From: Phoronis australis
Lineage: Eukaryota > Animalia > Phoronida
Assembly: GCA_002633005.1 (NCBI GenBank)
Contig: NMRA01000223.1
Coordinates: 24,491 to 88,490, forward strand
DNA length: 64,000 nucleotides
Direction: 5' to 3'
Shown: positions 39,136 through 50,147 of the stretch, one piece after another
Layout of the letters: every line of letters starts with the position of its first letter
Position numbering within the stretch: position 1 is the first letter of the stretch
Made by a program: the position numbers and the translations under genes
The notes under the pieces: generated by a model
What the model saw: only the letters and a program-made list of their open reading frames with translations
What the model was told of the DNA's origin: nothing
The model's database searches: none

Positions 39136-42100
39136 AAGATACTGACATGGTCTTAATAAGCTATCTAACACAACCATAATAGTTCACAGTACGAATATAA
39201 TGAGATTTATGGCACTCTGACATAAATCCTATTATTTGGGCAAATACCATTATGGAGCCCTTCATGCTTCATATCCAACTGCTGGTTAGTTCCTACCAAG
39301 TCCGACGGTTGCGCTGTTTGTTCTTTCTCTCCAGCTTCCTGTTGGCCCAGCCTCAAGCAACAGTACATTCACTCGTAAGTTTTTCTAATTAGACAAGTTT
39401 ATAACTAATAGACTCCTTCCCGTTCGTCGTTAATGGTCCTGGACAAACGATACTTCCCTTATTTATTATTTGTAGCCACAGATGGCTTTTCTAACGGCCG
39501 ATTTCTTTCGATTTTAATGATCCCTCAAACCCAAGCCAATTCCTCGCCATTTCACCACTTCCCTGGGTATAAGTGGGATGTCGGGTGACAATCGCCGTCT
39601 GCTTTGGGGATGAGACCCGGCGGCGAGGTATAAAGGTTATCGGTTCATTTCTTCATGGATTCATTTATTTTACTTCTATACATATCTTCGATGAAGCTTA
39701 GTTATGAGATTGGGGTGATTTTGCCGAAGAATTTCAACTCCACTTTTTTGGTTCCCGTTGACTTTTTCACCGCGCGCGCCATAACCGAAAGTATGTCCAC
39801 TGAGTCACGCGCGTTAGGCAAAGGCTAGCGCGTGACAGAGGGAAGCGCGTGACAGAGGGAAGCGCGTGACGATAGTGCGTGACACTAGCTATTTTAAGCC
39901 TTGAACAAGCAGTGAAGCACAGTTGGGGTCTGGATACCCATGTAGAACGAGCTTGAATGCCAGCGGTTTGACAAGTGTTTGACCTCGGCTCCAGACGTAC
40001 TTATGGTTTGGGTACATGGCGGATACTGGAATTACATAACACTGGAGTTGGTACTATTCCAACAGGACTGGAGGTATTATGGGTGTAAACAGATGGGATT
40101 TACAATGGTTAAGACCTAGATGGGAATCTATCCCATATCGCCCTGAAGCCTGGTGCGGTAAAGCTCAAAAGTGCCGCGTCTAACACATGGAAGTGTCCTC
40201 ATATAGCGCGCAACCACTTTGGTGGGTAAAATAATAGTAATGAAATTTAGGTACTAAGTAAAACAAAACAATAATAAAAAGTAATAATAAAAAAACAAAA
40301 AGTAATAATAATAAAAAATAATAACAAAAATAATAATAAAAAAGTCAAAAATAATTATAATAATAATAAATAATAATAATAATAAAAAACCCTTTGGATG
40401 TCACTGTTGACATTTTATTCGACTTTCCATGAAAGATACGGAGATACTGTACTCACCCTTGGAAATGTTGTTTGTTAGGCCTTTTCAAGTACTTCGTCAC
40501 CGGCCCTAACCCTACCATGTTTATCTACGCTTTTGATCGGCATACTTCCTTCTGAACAACACTTAAAAAAGATGTATACTTTACAGACGCACGAAAAAAA
40601 ATCAATAAAAAAAATTTAAAAAAAAAAAATTAAAAAACCAACATGTAATACAACTAATAAACAAACTAAAACGTACACTAAAACTTTCCTACAAATTAAA
40701 TAAATAATAATTGAAAAATAAACTAATAAAATAAAAATAACAACAAAATGTGTTAAACATTTTAAAACACTCGTGTCAATTGCTATCACATAATACTTCA
40801 CATTTCGTTCTCTCGGCATAATTTACACCTATTCCAACCGCGCTTAAGTTACGGTAATGCGTCAACTTTTCTTTTCGTCTAGCATCGTGGTCGGGTATTT
40901 CCCACCAAGACGATTTTCGAATAGTCGACTACTGTAGTGGCAGATAGGCGGACGTTACGATCGATGAGATCACGTCTCACATGCCTGCTAAGTTGTCCAC
41001 TGCCCAGGCGCGTATAGCTTAGTCGTACGAAATCTGCGCTCGAGTGCCTCCAGAGCGAGGGCATGACCGGCTCTAGCTGTTTCTTTTAATTTTACGATTT
41101 TCGTATATACTAGTTCATTTCGGTGTAATTAGGTCTAAGCCAGTCACTCTAACAGTTGTCCTTATCCGCGGAAGTAGGGTCGTTTTCATCTGCAACCCAG
41201 GATCCACTACACCCGGGCTATTAGTAGGCCTAAACAGTATCCATGTCACTGCGCCAAGTTTTTGAAAACGCGTCACTCACACTAGTGGGTTACATCTGCC
41301 CGTTAGGCGTATAAATCATATCAGATTACCGGTAATGTCTGACATATTTTAACACAAGATTTTTAATTTACGATTTCAAAATCTTGTAACCTTTCATTTT
41401 GTTAACCTATATTGCACGCAACTGTGCCTAACCTAGTTCCTAAAATTTTGTCACCAAAGCACACTGGGATCACACTAGCCCAAATTCAGTTGCAGCGCTC
41501 ATTGACCCAGATTTCATGGTAATGGGCCAGCCTGTGGTTTCACTCTTATGTAATTACATAATAACTTGTTGCATAGTGCTGATGACCTCGTGCCAGCAAT
41601 GGAACTTTCTAGACTAAATTTTCATGATACCAGAACCCTAGGCTTAATTGCATTTCCTAACTAGTTGTGACCATCTTTTCCTTACATCGACAGCTTAAAT
41701 GATATTTGTCCTTTTGAGTAGCTCTAGGATATTCGTTGAACACAATGATAGGGTGCTAGGCCTTTACTGCCAATCATATTTTGTAGACCAAGTTGCTTCC
41801 TGATTTGTGTGCTTGATGTTGTCTATTTTATACGACTCGGGGTATCATTATTCCTGAGAGCCTGTTGCTCTCTCCTCTCTCGTATAGTTGTGTTGGGTAG
41901 GATTTTTATAGATATTTCATTTTTCTTAGACATATAGTAGACATGCAAGTTTCCGTATGAAGGTCTGTCTGTGGCCGATAGCTTGATACATGGTTTTAAT
42001 TAATGATTTTTATCAATCGGTCAGTTTTCAACTTTAAAGCATCAGCAAATAAATAGGACTGTTTGAATAATGATTTTAGATCTGTTCATAATATTTATAT

Positions 42101-42169
42101 GAAACGACATCTCCCATGCTGATGGTCTTTTACCTTTCCTGCACCATTACTTCTTTTCTAACTTATACA

Positions 42170-42530
42170 AAAAAATAAAAACAAATCAAACTATTTAAAA
42201 AAACTAAATAACAAATATAAAAACTAAATAAAAATATAAATTTAAAAAAGTAAAATAATATTAAAAAATAAATAAATAAAATATTTCAAAATTTACATAA
42301 AATATTTAAAAAACACACAAATGAAAATATGAGAAATAAAAAATAAAAACAAATCAAACTATTTAAAAAATAACAAACATAAAAACTAAATAAAAAATAT
42401 ATATTTAAAAAAGTAAAATAATATTAAAAAATAAATAAAAAAATATTCTAAAATTTACATAAAATATTAAAAAAAAAATACAAATGAAAATATAAAAAAA
42501 AAACTAAATAAAAATGTTTTATAAAAAGAA
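42170..42530. repeat. A-rich low-complexity tandem duplication (~170 bp unit)
   Basis: AAAAATAAAAACAAATCAAACTATTTAAAAAA at about 42171 and 42339; similar A-rich tracts at 40230-40390 and 40595-40760. Confidence 0.8.
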
Positions 42531-45379
42531 ATCTACAATCTTTCTGTTCTCAGTACAATTTTGCAGCGAGTTTCCCTAATAGCACATGCTTCCGTGTGAG
42601 GTCACTCCCCAGCCATTGTCACAACGCTTACCTCTTCTGGTACGCAAGTTAATTGTTCCACCGCAATACCAACACCTTCGCACATAGGAACCTGAACGTC
42701 AGTTCTCTTGGGCTGCTCTACCCTAGCTCATACACGTACATGATGCATTGGATTCGTAATAATTGGGGGGCACTAAACTTGGGGTACTAAAGTGTGCCCT
42801 AAACTGGCTGAATTTCGCTAGGATTTGCCGCGATATGAGTGAGGGTTAGTTGACCTTTGGGGGCGGCTTGGACCCGGGGAAAGCCCGGCCGGGAGTGTAG
42901 GGTGGTCCTGTCCCATGCGATGCTCGGGTGGGAACCACCGCAGGTCCTCCAGGTAGGTTTGTGCTTGCACCGTTATGTGGTGCAATTTCCCTTGTAGTTA
43001 AGGCATAGCAGTGTCTGCTAGGTGAGTGTGGTATGGGGTCAGTAGAGGTGCCTGTAATGTGCAGCAATCACAACTTTCTCTCGGCGACCAGGGTGTGGCT
43101 GGGCTTCGAGCTTGGCGGGAGCGGTACTGTTCACCGTGAGGTATCCAATCTGTCCTCGTGTGCCGTGCCCCAAGTCTAACATCGTGCCTGCATCCCGGAG
43201 GGCGGGGGGGGGCAGCTTCACTGCATATGGAGTCAAATCCGGGACTGGTATTAGTCCTTTTCTCATTGGTTGTGACTACCTTTTTCTCCCATCCCCTGTC
43301 ACTCCCCTACCAGGGTCAGGGCCCCCACGTGAGTTGTGGCGGTGGACAGGATTGTTCATCCATGAACAACCCTGCCCATGTGGCACATACTGAGCCACAA
43401 CACCACGTTCCTTACAATATCTCTTTTTATCACTCCGGCTGGTCTGCTCACTCAGCTTGTCCGGAACCTGCTTTGCAGGTTGTTATAGCCCAGTTGGCTG
43501 TTTGGTGTACCCACTTGGTACTTTATATGATATTTGCCCATTTGGCAGTTTGTACCCACTTGGTACTTGTTATTGAATTTGCCGCTTTGCTCGACCCAGT
43601 TGGTAGGCAATCGGCCAATACCCATTTGGTATTATGTACCCATTTGGTACTATGCTAACCTGTGCCACTTAGTATCCGATACTCAGTTACACTTTGGGTA
43701 TCGGAAATGTGTGTGTTATCTCTTGTAATTAAGGAACCCATCTGGTTCCTTCTGTGAAATATTTATTTGTAGAGCTGTGACCCTGAAATCGCCAATACAA
43801 CTTAAAATATTTATTATTCTTGTTGTTTTATTTGTCCCCAATAATAATAATTATCTTTTGTCTCGCACAGTAAAATAAACGACTCCGACCAATCAATTAG
43901 ATGGTTGACATTTGCAAAGATATTAGATTGAGGTTCCATGCAAGTCCCATGAGGGAGGAGGAACATGCCCCTCCTGACATGTAGAGATCATTCCAGTCAC
44001 TCCATATTCAACTCAATTCGCACGTATGTCAAGCTGCACACAGATTAACTATCTCTTCCATCATGATACTGAAAGATTTGACTTTGATATATACGAGTCG
44101 ATCTTGCAATCAATCTGAAATATTTAAGTCTGAATGTCGAAAACTTTTGCGATATTCTAGTATTCCATAGCCCAGTAAAAAATCGAAATCATGTATTCAC
44201 CGCTTCAGGCCGATTTTCCCTATTCACGTTGAATAACCGAGTTCAATTAGATAGGAGTTATGCAACTTTTACTGTACGTAACACTAGTAAACACGTTGAC
44301 CAGTGAGACTTCACTGATTTGCATTGTGACCTAGTCCAGAGATATTCCATTAAGGGTAATAGTAGCGGGATGTCCTTTCGTATTCAATTATCTACATCCT
44401 CTCAACAAACCTGAGCAATCGGTCAAAATAAGTAGCCAAAACTAATTGAAGAAAAAATTATCCAGATCAATACAATAGTTACATTGGTGATTCAGAAATT
44501 TGAGAACAAGGCAATTAAAACTTGCAAATAGTTAACGAAATATGATTTCAAAATCAGGAGCTACCACGAATTACCACAAACACATACAACCAATGCCAAT
44601 ATACCCAACTTGCGGATGATAACATTTTGGGAGCCCCCATGCATTAAGGCTCACTGACAGAACCTCAATTACCTTAGAAATATAACAGAGTACTAGCGTT
44701 ATATGAACGTTATGATTAACTAATGGACCACATGCAGTGTATTTCACGATAGAATTATAATAAGGTTAGCACAAACAGATTACATTCCATGTGGCTATGT
44801 GACAGCGTGAGTGGCTGAAAATAACTGAACTTCAGATATCAACCACAGCACCGATTGTGGCCATTCGATTTTAGACCACTCTCTGGCACAAACCTGACCT
44901 CCACAACTCTTGAAAGGTCTTCTTGTAAGCTTAGCATGTAGTTATAAACTTAATTGCCGTGGGCCAACCAACAAAATTTGTCTCCTTCGAAGCTGACCGT
45001 CAGTTATGAAATTCAAACAGTTGCCTTTCTGTGGAGACTGCCTTACGAATACAACTCAACCCAAGGAAAAGCTTCACAAATACTAAGTTTTATTCGTGTC
45101 TCATGGGTTGGACATTGCAGTGAATTTATGCTGCTTGGTCACCGTTGTTCGTCTACATTCAAATTCACGAAGACCTCCGGTAATGATTGCAGTTAAATCT
45201 CTGAACTCATAACTTTCATTGTTTGTGGTCTGTATCGATATAAATGTTAAGTAACAAACGGTTTTGCACAAGCAAACAAGAATTATTTGTTGGAATAGTT
45301 GGGCAAACTTCGAACAATAAAAATCAAATATCTTACGTTTTTCAAATGTTTAAACGTGCAAACGTATATTTGAATCACA

Positions 45380-45849
45380 TAGAAACCTTATAGTTTTCAA
45401 AATTAAGTTTTCCATATGTGAAAAACTTTAGTTTTCTGAAAAGCTTAAGAAGTTAAGAAAATTTAAGTTTTGCAAAAACTTAAGAATTCATGAAAACTTA
45501 AGTTTTTACATTTCGAAAAACTCATGTTTTCTGATAAACTTAAGTTATGAGAAAAAAGAACTTGTTTTGGTAGTATTAATAACTTAACTTTTCGTAAAAA
45601 CTTATGTTATTACTTGAAACTTAAGTTTATTTGTGAAAAAGTTTTAATCTCGAAAAAACTGAAGTTTTCCGAAAACCTTAATTTTTTGTCGAAAAACGTA
45701 AGTCTTAGAAACTTAAGCTTCTTTTCAAAACTTAAGCTTTTCGTAATATCTGAAAATTTTCACCTAAAACTTAAGTTATTTTAAAAATCTTAAGTTTTTG
45801 CGCAAAAAAAAAAGTTTTCAAAGAAAACTTAAGTTTATTTTTGTAAGGG
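45380..45849. mobile_element. Second, one-ended copy of the AAACTTAAGTTT foldback family
   Basis: Same internal unit; right end TTTTTGTAAGGG as at 27385. Confidence 0.65.
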
Positions 45850-46674
45850 GCATGAACGATTTCCAAAATGCTAAAATTGTCACTGGTGTGGCAGTACAGG
45901 TTAGATTCATTCGAAAACGTGTATGTAAATAATATTAATTTAATTTTTGGCGAAATTAGAAGTATATTTCAAGTAAAAACAATATTAGTTATTATGGACT
46001 TTTCCCTTCAGCTGAAAATTAAAGATGGAAATGCAAATACATGGACGTATTTATGTGTTTTGATGAATTCTGACCACCGAAGAATACCATAAAAGTGTAA
46101 CAATGTTCAAGTCTAGTGCAATGCGTCAATTGAGAAGTTGCGTCAATTTCTGTATTGGTCAACACCCAAACTCCCTGATGCATTTTCCCGGGTCGTTGAT
46201 GGTTTCTATTATCTTGTTGTTCGGAATACAACTAGTGTCAAATGCGTCAATAAGGACCGAAAGCGGGAGTCAGCTCCACGTGAAACTTGGGTTTACGTTT
46301 GTTTTGACCAGCTCTACACCAAACCATCCTACACGTACGTCTGTGTACAAGCGTAGCACTGGTTCAATAAAAACTTTGTAGTTGCCACATCGACAAAAGG
46401 ATACATTTTTGTACACAATTAGGCGCAACAGGCTTGAAAATTTTACGGAGGATGCACTATGCAAATCTCTATAGGTTTTGCCTGGTTGTGGCTCTGGACT
46501 AGAACTTTGTTTTCTTGTCCAAAACCAAAATTTATTATCATTACACCTCAAAAGGAACATCGCATTGCCACCTTCGATTTCATATCTTTACCCCTTTCAC
46601 TTGCCTGTCCAAATGTGTCAAAAGGCCTTTCAGCCCAAAGCAAAAGACCCCTATCAATTCTTGACACGATACAT

Positions 46675-46838
46675 ATAGATAATTACATGGCGAAGTCGTT
46701 ATCCCCCGTTATCTAGAGCCCGAGTGGATTTTGGAGAATTATCACCCGAGGGGCGTTAGCCCCGAGGGTGATAATTCTCCAAAATCCACGAGGGCTCTAG
46801 ATAAGGGGGATAACGACTGAGAACATGTAATAATCTAT
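46675..46838 (+). repeat. 164-nt imperfect palindrome (hairpin) at the left end of the Crypton
   Basis: Arms pair around GC-GTTA-GC (46753-46760); GA/GA mismatches at 46748-49:46764-65, 46722-23:46790-91, 46692-93:46819-20. Confidence 0.95.
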
Positions 46839-47147
46839 TTATACCACATACTAAACGATGAACATTGCAATGAATCGATCTACCTTTCTCGACTCGTCTC
46901 GGCTATGGAACTACTTTCCATGTCAGAGACAAGGGGTCGGAGGTCATGACCTCTTAAGAGACGCCGAGTCATTTCTTGCTAAAACAATATTTTTACTCAA
47001 AACCAACTAAAATTTAAACAAAATTGAACTAAGGTGAACCTATAAAACAAGTTTTAAACAACTTGACTACCTTACTACGCATTTTATGCTAAGCGTCTAT
47101 CGTCAAAATATCGTCTGCTATAGTACAGTAGGTTACCTGGTTACAAT

Positions 47148-48443
47148 ATGTCTAGGATTCCAGACGACAAGCTACCGACATTTAAATTGGAAATCGACGA
47201 ACTCGAATTTGGAGAAAATGACAGATACCGTGAAAAGTTTAACGCTAGAGACGTTAAGGACTTTGTCGAATCGAAGAAAAATTCAAACACCGTAAGAAAA
47301 ACCAAATACGACGTGGAAACATTCAACACCTGGCTAGCAGCGACAAGACCAGCTGAGAAGAGACACATCCTTGAGCTATCAAAAGAAGAGCTGGATGCTT
47401 ATTTGAGCTGTTTCTTTCTTGAAGTAAAAAAGAGAGACAGATCGGAGTATGAGCCAGACACTCTTTTAAGTTTTCACAGATCTATTGATCGTTTTTTGCG
47501 AGAAAATGATTCCAAGTTTTCGATTTTAAGTGATCAAGCGTTTAGTGGATCAAGAGCAGCGCTGCAAGCAAAGCGAAAAGACCTGAAAGCTCAAGGAAAA
47601 GGCAACAAAAGTCATAAAGCAGAGGAGCTTACTGCCAACGATCAGGAAATTCTATGGGCCAGGGGAGTAATTGGACTGCACAGTCCAACTGCTTTACTCA
47701 ACTTGGTGTGGTTGAATAATACTCTCTTGTTAGGATTTCGTGGAAACGACGAGAATAGAAAACTCCAGTGGGGCGATATCACATTGCACAGTACAACGGA
47801 AGGAGAATACATTGAATTCAATGAAAGGGCAACCAAAACAAGATCAGATGGGTCATTAACCAGACCATTTAAACCGAAGCAATTTGCGTTGGAAGCAAAC
47901 CAACCCCACTGCCCAGTAGCTGCGTATAAGAAATACAAAGCAGTGAGACCAGAGATTATGATGGTCGCAAACAGCCCATTTTATCTTAAACCCAAGCATG
48001 GTAGGCCTTCATCTGATGAGCCTTGGTTCACGGTGCAGCCGGTTGGTGTAAACACTCTAGCCAAAATGGTTCCGCGTATGTGCGAGGCAGCTGGAATAGT
48101 TGGCCGTAAAACAAACCACAGCATCAGAAAGACAACATGTTCCACGTTACTCAAGTCCGGAGTGCCCCCAACCACGGTGATGCAGCTGTCAGGACACAGG
48201 AATATACAGAGCCTGAACAACTATCATACAGCAGACATTACCGAGCAGAGGCGTTTATGCTCTATACTTACTGGTTGCGAAAGTGCATCATCCTCCAGTA
48301 ACATCTCAGTTTCCCGCACCTCCTCTGCCTCATCAGGGTTGTTGTCTGTATTTGGAAACTCAACAATCACCGGTGGCACGTTCAACATCACAATAAATCA
48401 AGACAGAGCTCCGAAGAGAAAACACGAGGAAGATGTCGACTAG
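47148..48443 (+). CDS. Tyrosine recombinase, Crypton/DUF3504 type (related to ZMYM/KCTD1/QRICH1 domain)
   Basis: 431 aa, intronless; YEPDTL, catalytic set GFRG (R), TKT (K), NHSIR (HxxR), SGHRNIQSLNNY (H,Y); C-terminal FGNSTITGGTFNITIN tail. Confidence 0.93.
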   Translation: MSRIPDDKLPTFKLEIDELEFGENDRYREKFNARDVKDFVESKKNSNTVRKTKYDVETFNTWLAATRPAEKRHILELSKEELDAYLSCFFLEVKKRDRSEYEPDTLLSFHRSIDRFLRENDSKFSILSDQAFSGSRAALQAKRKDLKAQGKGNKSHKAEELTANDQEILWARGVIGLHSPTALLNLVWLNNTLLLGFRGNDENRKLQWGDITLHSTTEGEYIEFNERATKTRSDGSLTRPFKPKQFALEANQPHCPVAAYKKYKAVRPEIMMVANSPFYLKPKHGRPSSDEPWFTVQPVGVNTLAKMVPRMCEAAGIVGRKTNHSIRKTTCSTLLKSGVPPTTVMQLSGHRNIQSLNNYHTADITEQRRLCSILTGCESASSSSNISVSRTSSASSGLLSVFGNSTITGGTFNITINQDRAPKRKHEEDVD

Positions 48444-48729
48444 CTGTTGCTAATAATAGCTGCGAAGACAATATTTTGAACTGATATGACCTAGTTCTTG
48501 TTTTACACATTTAGATTCATTTCTATTACATTTCTCAAGTGTCTACACGTATAACTTACGTCGCACGTTATTTATTTGTTTGTTTGAATTTTAATGAATT
48601 AAAAAAGTCGTTTTTCATTGAAATTGTGCGTTTTGTTTTTCACAGCGTATATTTGTGTCAGTGCAATGCGGTTTGTTGTACATGAGATTATTGCGCGTGC
48701 TCATTTAAGTATTCTATTTTCACTCTTGA

Positions 48730-48812
48730 TGACGTCAGGCGCTGCGTAGTGCAGTGGTTAAAGTCAGTGACTAGCAAGCTAATGGTCCCGGGTTCGACTC
48801 CGTCCTCGATTT
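48730..48812 (+). promoter_or_regulatory. tRNA-derived Pol III type-2 promoter preceded by a CRE palindrome
   Basis: TGACGTCA 48730-37; A box TAGTGCAGTGG 48747-57; B box GGTTCGACTCC 48791-801; acceptor and T stems do not pair. Confidence 0.7.
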
Positions 48813-48900
48813 CCCGCCAAATCGTTATCTCACTAGTGAGATAACTATATGGGTTATTACACGGTTGTATCTGCCATTTGACGCTAATGTTGTGGTATAA

Positions 48901-49773
48901 ATATAGATTATTACATGGCGAAGTCGTTATCCCCCGTTATCTAGAGCCCGAGTGGATTTTGGAGAATTATCGCCCGAGGGGCGTTAGCCCCGAGGGTGAT
49001 AATTCTACAAAATCCACGAGGGCTCTAGATAAGGTGGATAACGACTGAGAACATGTAATAATCTATTTATACCACATACTAAACGAGAAACATTGCAATG
49101 AATCGATCTACCTTTCTCGACTCGCCTCGGCTTTGTAACTACTTTCTATGTCAGAGGCCCGGGGTCGGAGGTCGTGACCTTTTAAGAAAAGCCGAGCTAT
49201 TTTTGTCAAATTGTACGTATACTCAAAACCAATTGGAAATTTAAACAAAATAGAAATGAAGTGAATCTCTAAATTAAGGTTAAGCAACTATTATAGCTTA
49301 AAACACGTTTTTTACACGCTAAGCTTCGACCGGGAAATTATCGTCTGCTAAAGTAGGTTACCACTGGTAACTGAATGTAATTCTCAAGTCAAAGATCCTG
49401 ACGACACGATACCTGCATTCAAACTGGAGATCGGTGATTTACAAGTAAGAGGACATGAGAGAAAAAATTCACTTAATTAAGATATCATTTTTATGGAAAT
49501 TATGTGTCTTATTTTTCGGAGCGTATAAGTACAATACAATGCGGTTTGTTGAACGTGCGATTATTGCGCGTGCTCATTTAAGTATTCTATTTTCACACTT
49601 GATGACGTCAGTCGCTGAGTGGTGTAGTGGTTAAAGTCGGCGACCAGCAATATTAGGGTCCCGGGTTCGACCCCGTCCTCGGTTTCCCGCCAAATCGTTA
49701 TCTCACTAGTGAGATAACTTTATGGGTTATTACACTGTTGTATCTGCCATTTGAGGCTAATGTTGTGGTATAA
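48901..49773 (+). mobile_element. Non-autonomous internal-deletion relative of the Crypton, head-to-tail
   Basis: Repeats left end and hairpin (48903-49066), a diverged ORF start (DPDDTIPAFKLEIG vs IPDDKLPTFKLEID), then the right end with A/B boxes and GTTGTGGTATAA. Confidence 0.88.
49603..49685 (+). promoter_or_regulatory. Second copy of CRE + tRNA-derived A/B boxes
   Basis: TGACGTCA 49603-10; TGGTGTAGTGG 49620-30; GGTTCGACCCC 49664-74. Confidence 0.7.
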
Positions 49774-50147
49774 AGCTTAATATGCAGATGTCATTTTCTG
49801 TACATGTATTTATTACACAAATATTGAGCAGAAGTTTTGCCATTCAGTTATTTTGTCATAAATTTCCGATTATTTGAGGGCTACAGTGAACATGCGAGCA
49901 CGGATACTCAAGACTTTAAATTCTAGGGAGAGTGAAAAATTCATTGTGTCGGCAACAGCACACATGGAGATGTTTGAACGTCTAGGGCATTCAAATGGTC
50001 CGTAAACAACTGCAGATCATTCTGGTGTTGAATTTGGCTTCTTGTTAAGGGTGTGGAATACTTTTTTCAGTGTATTCCTTGCGTAATCGGATGTGCCATA
50101 TCCAATGCCCGACTTTTAAATAGTCCCAACATGCCAAAACTTATTAA

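Larger units (their letters stand above)
46673..48900 (+). mobile_element. Crypton-type tyrosine-recombinase DNA transposon, apparently complete (2228 bp)
   Basis: Intact YR ORF; ends defined by the tandem relative (left ATATAGAT.ATTACATGGCG, right GTTGTGGTATAA); no TIR or TSD. Confidence 0.85.

Noticed and set aside
39530-39556. PBS-like TGGCGAGG on the minus strand
   Set aside because: No matching tRNA 3' end recognised and no LTR pair found
47148-48443. Bacterial or phage integrase contamination, or domesticated ZMYM/KCTD1 gene
   Set aside because: DUF3504-type motifs, eukaryotic flanks, full catalytic set, no introns or MYM fingers, and element-like ends indicate a Crypton
48740-48812. 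Functional tRNA gene (AGC anticodon-like loop)
   Set aside because: Acceptor, anticodon and T stems do not pair; kept only as a tRNA-derived promoter
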